A stretch of 64,000 bases of DNA from positions 7,353-71,352 of the forward strand of contig JBDSWM010000255.1 of NCBI GenBank assembly GCA_039926685.1, written 5' to 3'. The notes under the pieces are model-generated. The model saw nothing but the letters and a program-made list of their open reading frames with translations. It had not been told where the DNA came from and searched no databases. How positions within the stretch are numbered: position 1 is the first letter of the stretch; each line of letters begins with the position of its first letter. Source of the stretch: Fibrobacteria bacterium. GTDB lineage: Bacteria; Fibrobacterota; Fibrobacteria; UBA11236. A program made the translations under genes and the position numbers. This document shows positions 48,916 through 59,237 of this stretch, piece by piece.

Positions 48916-50294
48916 TATTGTTTGCTTCCGGACTGGGGTGGGACTTCGGCGACCTGCTTGATGAGCATGCCGGAGAGCCTTTGCAGGGCGGCTTCCGCCT
49001 GCTTGGCGCTTTGCCGCGCCGTGATCAAGCGCCCTTCCGCATCCAGGAGCCTGGTTTGCGCGTCGCGGAATTCCAGCGGGGAGGAGGCCCCCAGCTTATA
49101 GCGCTCCTGCGCCGCTTCGGCCTGCAAACGCGCCACTTGCAGGTTGCCCTCTTCCAGCGAGATCTGCCGCAATCCTGTTTCGTATTGCCGGCGGGCCTGT
49201 TCAAAATCGGCGTAAACCTGGTCGATGGCCTGGCGCAGCTTGATTTCATCGCCCCGCAAACCGGCCTTGGCCTGGCGAACGGCCGTGGGCGTGGCCAGGC
49301 GATCGAACAAGGGGATGGACAGGTTCACGCTATAGCCGAAGCCGTCGCGGCTGGTGGCGAGGGCTCGATCGGAATTCAGGGCGGCCGGAGTGGCCCCGTA
49401 GGAGACCCCCGTGCTCAGGCTGGGAAGCCAGCGCCCGCGCGCCTCGTCCACGCCGTATCCGGAAGCGATCTTACTCGCCTTGGCGGCCGCGATGGAGGCG
49501 TTTTTCTGCTCCAGTCCTTTGCGCCATTCGTCCAAGGGAAGCGCCGGGGCCAGGGGAATCGAATCCGCGATGTCGAAGCGGATGGCGGCGTCGCGCGCCA
49601 GCAATTGGTTCAGGCTCACCTTGGCCTTTTCCAGCGACAATTCCTGGTTCAGGTAAGAGGAGGAATCCTCGTTGAGATCCGCCTTCGATTGCAGTTGATC
49701 CAGCTTGGAACCGGCCCCGACGGAAAGCTTGGCCTCGGCCAGGCGGGCGCGTTCGCGGGAGACGGAGAGCAATTCCGCGATGGCGGAAAGCCTTTGCTTC
49801 TGCTGCACCAGATCGTAATAGCCGACAACGACCGATTCCACCAGGTTTTCCAGGGCCCCGCGTTCGGCCAAGGTGGCCTGGCGCTCCCGGGTCTGCAAGC
49901 GCCGATAGGCATGGTAATCCTGGAACCCGTCGAATACCTGCAAGGAGACCGAGGCGCCCACCGTAGTAACCGGCACGCTACTGTGCAAGGGCAAAGGCCC
50001 GGAATGGTTAACGCTCGCGTCGGCGGACGGCAGGAAAGGGCCCACCGCCCCTTGGCGCGCGATCACGGCCTGGCCCGTTTCCTCGCGCGTCAGCGACAGC
50101 GAGTAATTGTTTTCCACCGCCAAGCGGATGGCCTGATCAAGTGAGAGGGTCGGCGCATTTCCCGGGTCCCGGACCGGTTCCGTTCCGATGGTTTGAGCGG
50201 TTTGCGCGACAATGGGGACCGGGGAAAAGAGGGCTCCCGCCGCAAGAACGAGAGTAGACCAGGAAATCCGGCTGAGGGTGGGGTTGTAAAGCAT
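48915..50294 (-). CDS. tolC: TolC family outer-membrane efflux protein
   Basis: signal peptide; two-repeat OEP architecture with coiled-coil-rich LQ..A.. segments; first gene of the 4-gene efflux operon. Confidence 0.75.
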   Translation of the reverse strand: MLYNPTLSRISWSTLVLAAGALFSPVPIVAQTAQTIGTEPVRDPGNAPTLSLDQAIRLAVENNYSLSLTREETGQAVIARQGAVGPFLPSADASVNHSGPLPLHSSVPVTTVGASVSLQVFDGFQDYHAYRRLQTRERQATLAERGALENLVESVVVGYYDLVQQKQRLSAIAELLSVSRERARLAEAKLSVGAGSKLDQLQSKADLNEDSSSYLNQELSLEKAKVSLNQLLARDAAIRFDIADSIPLAPALPLDEWRKGLEQKNASIAAAKASKIASGYGVDEARGRWLPSLSTGVSYGATPAALNSDRALATSRDGFGYSVNLSIPLFDRLATPTAVRQAKAGLRGDEIKLRQAIDQVYADFEQARRQYETGLRQISLEEGNLQVARLQAEAAQERYKLGASSPLEFRDAQTRLLDAEGRLITARQSAKQAEAALQRLSGMLIKQVAEVPPQSGSKQ

Positions 50295-50438
50295 GTGGGA
50301 TAGAAAATACAAGCGCACGGGCCATCCAATCCATTTTTATGCGATTCTTTGCTTTTGGACAGGCAGCATGGCCTCACCGTTCCGGGTATTTACGGGAACG
50401 GGTTGGTGGAATAGGCGCCGCGGAAGAGCGGGCCCGTG

Positions 50439-50699
50439 TTATGCCGGTTTGATCTCGATATAGGTGGGCTGCTTATCGCCGGCCCGGCGGCGATGGATCG
50501 GCTGGGGATCCGATCCGTGGGCGTCGCCCGAAAAGGGCGATGCGCCGCCATGCGTGCGCGCCGCGTCCGGAGCATGCATGTGCGTATGGGCCGATGCGTT
50601 GAACGCGTTGCCCTCCCAACCATCCGCATGATTAGGGATCACGAAGGCATAGCGGAAGCTTTCCACTTGCGTGCCGAACTTGGCCATCATGTCCCGCAT
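50439..50699 (-). CDS. small His-rich hypothetical protein upstream of the efflux operon
   Basis: GC3-rich codon usage; HADGWEGNAFNASAHTHMHAPDAARTHGG...DAHGSD; start ambiguous. Confidence 0.3.
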   Translation of the reverse strand: MRDMMAKFGTQVESFRYAFVIPNHADGWEGNAFNASAHTHMHAPDAARTHGGASPFSGDAHGSDPQPIHRRRAGDKQPTYIEIKPA

Positions 50700-50738
50700 G
50701 GGGACTATCCTGGAGCGCATAATCCCCAAACTAACCAA

Positions 50739-50815
50739 TACCCCAAGCGCTTACAAACCCCAATGGTAACCCATAAACCCAAGCAAATCCTAAAATCCCC
50801 AAAATGGCCTACTTG
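50739..50815. repeat. periodic C4A/TTTGGGG-type tract array (G-tracts on minus strand)
   Basis: CCCCAAACTAACCAATACCCCAAGCGCTTACAAACCCCAATGGTAACCCATAAACCCAAGCAAATCCTAAAATCCCCAAAATGG; six or seven GGG(G) tracts spaced about 10-20 nt apart. Confidence 0.4.
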
Positions 50816-50875
50816 ATTGGTGGGGGCAATCACGTTATTGCGCCCCATTAGAGTAGGCCAGTTAGGCAGGCCTGT

Positions 50876-51508
50876 TCAATCGGGCGTGGTATCGCCGCAG
50901 CCCTCGGGATTCTCGTCCTCGGCGCGCAGGGTTTCGAATTCGCTTTCCAAGGTTTTCGGGACGAAGACCATGGAATCGGTGCGCCCCCCGGACACGGCGC
51001 GGGTCCAGAGCAGCAGGCGATCCCGGAAAGGCGCCTCGGGAAAAGCTTTCAGCAAACTGTCATTCACTGGGAGCAGGCGCACGGTCCCGACCGCAGGCTC
51101 GATGCGGAAATCCCATACGCTGTCCCGGCGGTTGCGCAGGATGCTCTTCACGGAGTATTCGCCCAAGCTGTCGCAAAACTCACAGGATAATCCCGGCAGG
51201 CTGTCCGCGGTCGTGCGCAAGGTGAGGGTGGAGTTGGCGGTATAGCAGGGAACGTACAACACCCATCCCTGGCCTTCTACCAGGGAGGCCTTGACCCATT
51301 TTTCCGGCAGGGGCTTCATCCAGGCGCGCACCGCTTCCGCCCCGGAGGCGGTATCGATGATGTCCGCGCCGTCCCGGCCCGCGCGTTCGCCCCTTTTGTG
51401 GAGGCCGGTCAGGAGCACGGTGCCCCACATCAGCAAGGCCGTGGCGAAAAGGACGATGACTATCCATCGCCCGGAGGCCTTCCCCATTTGACCAGCATGA
51501 ACGGCCAT
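50876..51508 (-). CDS. membrane-anchored hypothetical protein
   Basis: signal-anchor WIVIVLFATALLMWGTVLLTGL; no family recognised. Confidence 0.45.
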   Translation of the reverse strand: MAVHAGQMGKASGRWIVIVLFATALLMWGTVLLTGLHKRGERAGRDGADIIDTASGAEAVRAWMKPLPEKWVKASLVEGQGWVLYVPCYTANSTLTLRTTADSLPGLSCEFCDSLGEYSVKSILRNRRDSVWDFRIEPAVGTVRLLPVNDSLLKAFPEAPFRDRLLLWTRAVSGGRTDSMVFVPKTLESEFETLRAEDENPEGCGDTTPD

Positions 51509-51572
51509 TGCGGCTCCCGGTTGGATATCCAGTTCAGGCATTCAAGATAAAAACAATCCCGGGGGGGGTCGA

Positions 51573-52328
51573 TCAGGAGAAGAGGTGTTGGATCCAGCTG
51601 TACCCGAAGAAAAACACGGCGGCGATATAAGCCAGGGTGAGCAGGTACATCACGTAGGCGGCTATTACCAGCCAGCCGTCGCGCTGCAAGGTGCCGAAGG
51701 CCAGGAACAGGATGCCGTAGGCTGGCAGCACGTTGGAGAAGGGGATGGGGAAGGGCGCCCCCAGGATCAAGGCGCCGACCACCAGCATGATTCCGTTCAG
51801 GGCATGCACCCAGCCCGTGGTCAAGGGCAACAGCCGGGGATAGCTCAGCTTTTCGATGCGGCGGAAAAGGCGGGCGCCTTTCTCCATGATCTGGTGCAGG
51901 TTCTTCTGGTGGAGCCGGTATTCCAGCACCCGCTCGGGCAGCATGGGGGCGCGGTTGAGCACGATTCCGAGTCCGATAAGGGCGATGATCAGGCCTTGCG
52001 GTATGCTCATGCCGGGAATGGGGATGGGAAGCAGGGAAGGGATGGAGAACAGCATGCATGCCATCAGCAAGCCGCGTTCGCCCAGGGAATGGATGATGGC
52101 CCGCACCGTCATGCCCTCCGGGGGGGCGTTTTCCAGCAATTCGATCAGCACGCTGCTGCAGCTTTTGGCTTCCACCTCGAAAGGCACGGTATGCGGGGAA
52201 GGATGCGGACCCGATTCGGCGCGGGCATTATGCCGGCGTTCCTCCCGTACCTGCATGTCGCGCTGGCGCCTGTTGGGGCGCTGGGGACCTTGGGGACCTT
52301 GCGGGGATGGGAGCGGTTGCAAAGGCAT
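51573..52328 (-). CDS. ExoD-family exopolysaccharide synthesis membrane protein
   Basis: LGERGLLMACMLFSIPSLLPIPIPGMS...GIMLVVGALILGAPFPIPFSNVLPAYGILFLAFG; N-terminal PQGPQGPQ low-complexity segment. Confidence 0.6.
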   Translation of the reverse strand: MPLQPLPSPQGPQGPQRPNRRQRDMQVREERRHNARAESGPHPSPHTVPFEVEAKSCSSVLIELLENAPPEGMTVRAIIHSLGERGLLMACMLFSIPSLLPIPIPGMSIPQGLIIALIGLGIVLNRAPMLPERVLEYRLHQKNLHQIMEKGARLFRRIEKLSYPRLLPLTTGWVHALNGIMLVVGALILGAPFPIPFSNVLPAYGILFLAFGTLQRDGWLVIAAYVMYLLTLAYIAAVFFFGYSWIQHLFS

Positions 52329-52404
52329 GGGATCTCTATTCTAGCATCGGATCGGGACAAGTTGAAATGCAGCCGATTGCGGATTCATTGCGGACTTCCA
52401 TTGA

Positions 52405-54177
<1,773 letters not shown>

Positions 54178-54429
54178 GAAAGGGAGCCGGATTGAACGGC
54201 GCGCTGCAATTCGATCCCGACGATCTGGGTGCGCTCGTAGATATCCGCTATCCCAATTGGTTTCTCGATAACCCGCAAAAGCCCATCGCGCCCTTCAGGA
54301 AATGGGGCGCTCGCAAAGGCGATGCCGATTGGAAGAAGGCCGCCAGCTAATCCTATCGCCTAAATCGCAACAGTATTTACATTTCCACCGCGCCGTACCC
54401 GATTTTCCCGTCCCCAACGGAAAGGCTTT

Positions 54430-55230
54430 ATGAAGTTGTTCCTTCTGCTGATTGCGTTCATGAATTGCGTGTACGCCCTGGAAATGCGCGAAGACAAGTT
54501 CCCGGACGGAACGACCAAATCGATCTATTACTTTTCCCGGGAAAACGGGGACACGGTCAAGGTCGGCAAGGAAAAGGAATACTTCAAAAGCGGCCGGCTG
54601 AAACGGGAGACCAATTTCAAGGACAACAAGAAGAACGGCGAGGAGAAAATCTACGACGAGGAAGGCCTGGTGGTCGCGCGCAACGTCTACGTGGACGGGA
54701 AAGTCACCCATAGCGAGGATACCTTCGAACAGGAGCACGAAAACGGGTACGGCAAAAAATATTACCTCGGAGTCGATCCTCTGGGTTTGATCTTGGGAGC
54801 CATCATCGAAGATGGCTTGGCTATCCCGGCGAGCCCGATTGGGTTCGGTTATCATACCGACGGGTTTTGCGGTTTCAAGCTCGCTCCGGCCCTCATCATC
54901 AATGGGGAAGGAGGCTGGGGCATGACCGCCGGCTTCGTGATTTCGGACATGCCCAACTCCTGGGTGGGGAACATGTTCGAGATCAGGTATGGTTATTACG
55001 ACATCAACAAATTCGGATCCTCTTGGAACCTTATCGGCATGTTTTACAAGAACTACCAGGTTAAAGACCACCTACTGCTGTTCTGGGGCGTCGATTTGGG
55101 GTATGGCTTGAACGGCATCGAGATCATCAAATCGGAAAACTCGCAAACCGGAGAGACCAGGGTTTTGGAGCGCAATCTCAAGGAAGGTTTTATGATAGGC
55201 CTGGGGGCCGGGCTAGGGTTCGATTTCTGA
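54430..55230 (+). CDS. secreted protein with MORN-like repeats and C-terminal beta-barrel-like domain ending in Phe
   Basis: signal MKLFLLLIAFMNCVYA; repeats YYFSRENGDTVKVGKEKEYFKSGRLKRETNFKDNKKNGEEKIYDEEG; C-terminal GLGAGLGFDF. Confidence 0.5.
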   Translation: MKLFLLLIAFMNCVYALEMREDKFPDGTTKSIYYFSRENGDTVKVGKEKEYFKSGRLKRETNFKDNKKNGEEKIYDEEGLVVARNVYVDGKVTHSEDTFEQEHENGYGKKYYLGVDPLGLILGAIIEDGLAIPASPIGFGYHTDGFCGFKLAPALIINGEGGWGMTAGFVISDMPNSWVGNMFEIRYGYYDINKFGSSWNLIGMFYKNYQVKDHLLLFWGVDLGYGLNGIEIIKSENSQTGETRVLERNLKEGFMIGLGAGLGFDF

Positions 55231-55287
55231 ACCGGGGGTTAGCCGGAGCCCGCTTGGCGGGCCCCGGCGAAAAAGCGAGGGGAAGAA

Positions 55288-57387
55288 TCAGGGACGGGCT
55301 ATAGCCTGCGGGTTACCTACAGTCCGCCCGGCCGCATTGTAGCGCAGGGAGCCGGGGACGGGATGCCCGTTCTGATCGAGTTGCAGGAAGACTCCGGGTG
55401 CTTTGGGGCCGGAGGCCATTGCGCTCTTGCGGTTGTTCTGTTTGATGCCCGTTACGGGAACCACGGTATACCCGGGCAGATGGACATCATCGATATTGAT
55501 TTCGCCCTTGTCCCCGGTCACGCCTTTATCGATGGTTTGCCAGGCTATTTTGGTGGACTTGGTCAGGTCCAGGGGAACCGGCAACTTCGTCCAGGTGGCT
55601 TGCGCGAGGTCGGTCCACTTGAGCGATACCAGGGTCCAATCGGCGGCCGCGGGCAGGCGCTTGAAGTAGAAAGCGAAGTCCGTGACGTTCAGGGTTTCCA
55701 CGCGCACGTCGGCGGTGGCGCCTTTGAAGTAGAAGGTGAGGCCGGAGGAGGCGCTGATGTTCACCGGGGTGGAGTCGCCCAGCGGATTCAAGGGGAAACC
55801 CAAGCCGACGAACGGATTGTAGAGATTGGTGCCCTTGTCCAAAGTGAAGGTGATTTTCGCGGATTTCAAGGAGCTGTTGGCGCCGCCTTCAGCCATAGTG
55901 AACAACGCCGCGGCGGTGGTCTTGGGAGTGACCACGGAGGCGCCCTTGTTCAGGACGTCGTCATAAGTGAACCATTTGGTCCCGAGCTTGGTGAGGCCGT
56001 CGCCGTCTTCGCCGTCGTCAATCAAATCGGACGCGCCCGCGTTGAAATAGGCCGTGATGTTCATGTCGCTGGACACGGTCACGGTCTTGGTGGCCGTGGT
56101 CCCGGTTATGTCGCCGCCCCAGGAGGTGAATTTGTTCTCGCCGGTGGGGGTCGCCGTGATGGTGATCGAAGCGCCCGCAGCGTAGGTGGCCGAGGCGGGA
56201 GTGATCGTGACCGTGCCCGCGCTGGCGGGGGAAACGCTCGTCTTTATCGTAAAAGCGGTCTTGGGGGTGGCGGTGGAGAAGTCGATGAAGTTCCCGGTCA
56301 TGGTGAGCAGGCTCATCAACTGCAAGGACTCATTGTAATAGTTGTCGTCATCGATGAAGGTCGCCAATTTCTTGTAGCAGGCGTCGAGCCAGGTCTGGTG
56401 GGCCGCATCGACCATGGCGCCGCAGGCGAAGGGTCCAATATAGGCGGGAATGTTGGTATTTTCCAAAGCGGTGCCGGTGAGCTGATAGCCGGTCATGATT
56501 TTCGCCGGATCGCCGGCGGTGCTGGTCTTGAGCCAGGAGGTCATCTTGTTGGCGATGTCCTTGGCGCTGGCTTCGCCGTACCAGGCGTAGGCTATTCCCA
56601 TTCGCCAGGGTACCCGGGCTGCATCAAACTTGTAGCTGGGTCCGCGGGCATCGGGGGATCCGTTGTCCTGGGTCCAATCGGGGACCAGGCCCGTGGTGGC
56701 GTTCTGCGCCGATTTTACGTGAGCATAATTGGCGGTCAATACCGAAGCCCAATCATTGCCGTCCCATTTGAGGGCGTTGAACATGCCGATGGCCACAGCG
56801 GAGAAATAAGAAGGATTCTTGGGATTGTCGAACGCGTCGCCGGGCTTGAGCACCTTGGAAGCGTTCACTTCGGTGGAATAAATCTTCTTCATCAGATCCG
56901 TGGCGGCGGTTTTATATTTCGCGTCGCCCCATTGGTGGTAGGCCAGGCACAGCCCGAAGGCCGCATCCAGGTCGCCGTCGGTGGCGCCGTTCATTTCGGC
57001 TGCCCCGGAGAATCCGGTGATCTTCCAATGCATCATGCCGGCCGCATTGGTGAACTTCTGGTAATAAGCCCAGAGCTTGTCGAATTTAGCTTGGGTATTG
57101 TTGGTGGCATTGTCCATGTAGGCCATGATGATCATGCCGTAGCCGATGCCTTCGCTCACCGTCTGCGTGGGGACATCCCACTTGATACGGGCGAGGTCGC
57201 CGCTCTCTTCGTAATACTTCGTCAGGAACATAGTGTACGCGGCCTGCACATCGGTATGGTTCGCGCCCGCTGGCTTGATCCCGAATTTGTAGGCTTGGTC
57301 CTGGGGAAAGGGAAATTTCGCGGCGGCCATGATCGAATGGCTCGCCAGAAGAAATGTTCCCAAGGCAAAGACGATTTTTCTTAGCAT
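55288..57387 (-). CDS. glycoside hydrolase family 8 (endoglucanase/chitosanase-type) with C-terminal beta-sandwich domains
   Basis: GH8 signature ATDGDLDAAFGLCLAYHQW and SEGIGYGMIIMAY; signal MLRKIVFALGTFLLASHSIMAAA. Confidence 0.75.
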   Translation of the reverse strand: MLRKIVFALGTFLLASHSIMAAAKFPFPQDQAYKFGIKPAGANHTDVQAAYTMFLTKYYEESGDLARIKWDVPTQTVSEGIGYGMIIMAYMDNATNNTQAKFDKLWAYYQKFTNAAGMMHWKITGFSGAAEMNGATDGDLDAAFGLCLAYHQWGDAKYKTAATDLMKKIYSTEVNASKVLKPGDAFDNPKNPSYFSAVAIGMFNALKWDGNDWASVLTANYAHVKSAQNATTGLVPDWTQDNGSPDARGPSYKFDAARVPWRMGIAYAWYGEASAKDIANKMTSWLKTSTAGDPAKIMTGYQLTGTALENTNIPAYIGPFACGAMVDAAHQTWLDACYKKLATFIDDDNYYNESLQLMSLLTMTGNFIDFSTATPKTAFTIKTSVSPASAGTVTITPASATYAAGASITITATPTGENKFTSWGGDITGTTATKTVTVSSDMNITAYFNAGASDLIDDGEDGDGLTKLGTKWFTYDDVLNKGASVVTPKTTAAALFTMAEGGANSSLKSAKITFTLDKGTNLYNPFVGLGFPLNPLGDSTPVNISASSGLTFYFKGATADVRVETLNVTDFAFYFKRLPAAADWTLVSLKWTDLAQATWTKLPVPLDLTKSTKIAWQTIDKGVTGDKGEINIDDVHLPGYTVVPVTGIKQNNRKSAMASGPKAPGVFLQLDQNGHPVPGSLRYNAAGRTVGNPQAIARP

Positions 57388-57647
57388 AATTGACCTGCTG
57401 ATAAAATGAGGTATGGTGTTGGTCGGCAAAATAGGGCCTTAAGTTCGCGTAATCGGCGGCTTTATTTCTCAACTGGCCTCCTTCATTGTTGTTATGGCGC
57501 CGAAACACATGTTTCCATGCCCGTGAATCTCGCCCTATTTCAGGCATTTGTTTCCTGGAATCAGGATTGCGGTAATAAAAAACACCGTAAGTCGTATTAG
57601 CCCATAAACTTATGCGCGCATTAACAACATAAGGGTACACCAGTTCG

Positions 57648-58556
57648 CTAAAAACCGGGTATGGGGATATCCCCCGCCCTCAACGTCTCCGCCAATGTAA
57701 GCGGGCGTTCCCCGGTTACGGCCTCGAATAATCCGTTCAAAACAGCCGGTTTCTTCATTGCGGCGGCCAAAGAGGAGATATGCCGGGCCATATCGGCGTT
57801 GAGGCGGGCGTCTTGCGGCATCAGCTCCAGGAGGCGGGACTCCCAGGCTTGCTGGGAAATGGTTTCATGGCGTAAGGGCCGCCCCAACCGATTCCCGAGC
57901 AAGTCGGCGATATCCGCATGGGAAAGACTGTCACCGCCGGTGGGGTATAGGGCATTCTGGTCTCCGAAACGGTCCGGATGCAACAGGGCGGCTACCGCCA
58001 GCTTGCCCCCGTCTTCTCCCGCCATCCAGCTGAAGGGAACGTCCGCAAAGGCGTTGCGCAGCACCCCCTCCCCCCTGATATCGGCCCCATGCAGAAGGCC
58101 GAGGTTTTCGAAGAAGAAGGCGGCGATGCGCAGATGCAGGCAGGAGAATCCCGAGGTCTCGAACAATTCCTCCGCGAGCCATTGCGCCCGACCCAAGTGG
58201 CTGGGGCTTTCCGGATGCGCTGCGCCCATGGACATCACCACCAGGCGACGCAAACCGGCGGCCCGGCCCGCTGACGCGAAGTTCGCCGCGGCTTGGACAA
58301 TGCCTTCCGCGACGGGATAGGTGAAGTAGGCCGTTTCCACGCCTTGCAGGGCCGGCAGCAAGCTGCGCCGGTCATGCAAATCGCCCACAGCGATTTCCGC
58401 GCCCTCGGCCTCCAAGGCGGACGCACGCGGGCCCCGGGTACGGACCAGCGCCCGCACCGGAACATTGCGCGCGCGCAACAAGCGAGCTACCTGCGCCCCC
58501 GTGCCTCCATGCGTTCCCGTGGCTCCCACTACGAGTATCGGTTTGTCTCCAAGCAT
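57648..58556 (-). CDS. NmrA-like/SDR-family NAD(P)-binding protein
   Basis: ILVVGATGTHGGTGAQVARLLRARNVPVRALVR. Confidence 0.75.
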   Translation of the reverse strand: MLGDKPILVVGATGTHGGTGAQVARLLRARNVPVRALVRTRGPRASALEAEGAEIAVGDLHDRRSLLPALQGVETAYFTYPVAEGIVQAAANFASAGRAAGLRRLVVMSMGAAHPESPSHLGRAQWLAEELFETSGFSCLHLRIAAFFFENLGLLHGADIRGEGVLRNAFADVPFSWMAGEDGGKLAVAALLHPDRFGDQNALYPTGGDSLSHADIADLLGNRLGRPLRHETISQQAWESRLLELMPQDARLNADMARHISSLAAAMKKPAVLNGLFEAVTGERPLTLAETLRAGDIPIPGF

Positions 58557-58585
58557 TTGCTACCTCCCTTTTTCCGTTAAGTTGA

Positions 58586-58602
58586 TTTAGTGTAATTACA
58601 CA
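58586..58602. promoter_or_regulatory. MarR-box-like motif upstream of the nmrA-like gene
   Basis: TTTAGTGTAATTACACA shares ATTTAGTGTAnTTACAC with the box at 59111..59130. Confidence 0.35.
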
Positions 58603-58656
58603 TATGAGAATCAAAATGAAACCAGAACGGGATCCCTAGGGACCGCCGCCACCCGG

Positions 58657-59103
58657 TCAGTCGCTGGCGCCGCGCAAGGCGTGCAAGGAAGCCAGGATGC
58701 CTTCCGCGTTTTGATCGCGGAGCTTGCCGGTCAGCGAAGCCTGGGCTTTTTCCCAGAGGGGAAGGGCCTTTTTCAAAAGGGAATTGCCGCGCACGGTAGG
58801 AGCATAATGCACGGATCGCCCGGTCTTTTCGGAGCGCTTGATGATGCCGCGTTTGGCCATGCCCTTGAGATTGCGCACCAAGGTGGTGCGTTCGAAGGCC
58901 AGGCGTTCCGCCAGTTCCGTGACGGAGGCATGCCGGCCGGCGGCAAGTGCGGCCAGCAGGGAGAATTCGGTCACCTCCAGCCCGATGGAAGCCAATACGG
59001 AGTTGTACCGGCGCGTGACGGTGCGCGCGGCCATGCGCGAATGCAGGCAAAAGCATTGGCTGCCGATTTTCTCCAGGCTGGGCATGCGGGCGGGATCGTC
59101 CAT
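58657..59103 (-). CDS. MarR family transcriptional regulator
   Basis: winged-HTH VTEFSLLAALAAGRHASVTELAERLAFERTTLVRNLKGMAKRGII. Confidence 0.75.
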   Translation of the reverse strand: MDDPARMPSLEKIGSQCFCLHSRMAARTVTRRYNSVLASIGLEVTEFSLLAALAAGRHASVTELAERLAFERTTLVRNLKGMAKRGIIKRSEKTGRSVHYAPTVRGNSLLKKALPLWEKAQASLTGKLRDQNAEGILASLHALRGASD

Positions 59104-59110
59104 GCAGGTA

Positions 59111-59130
59111 ATTTAGTGTATTTACACTAT
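59111..59130. promoter_or_regulatory. palindromic putative MarR operator upstream of the marR gene
   Basis: ATTTAGTGTATTTACACTAT (TAGTGTA / TACACTA inverted repeat) 8 nt upstream of the marR ATG. Confidence 0.4.
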
Positions 59131-59237
59131 AACCGTCAATAGGGCGGCTTGCCGATGTGCAAGGGAAGAGGCGCACGGGGAGGTAAAAGCCCCGGCAGGG
59201 CCGGGGGATGAGATCCGGGGCTGCCGGGATAAAGGGG

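Noticed and set aside
55363-57384. 673-aa plus-strand ORF
   Set aside because: It is antisense to the GH8 gene, which carries the PROSITE-like GH8 signature, and is Gly/Arg-rich.
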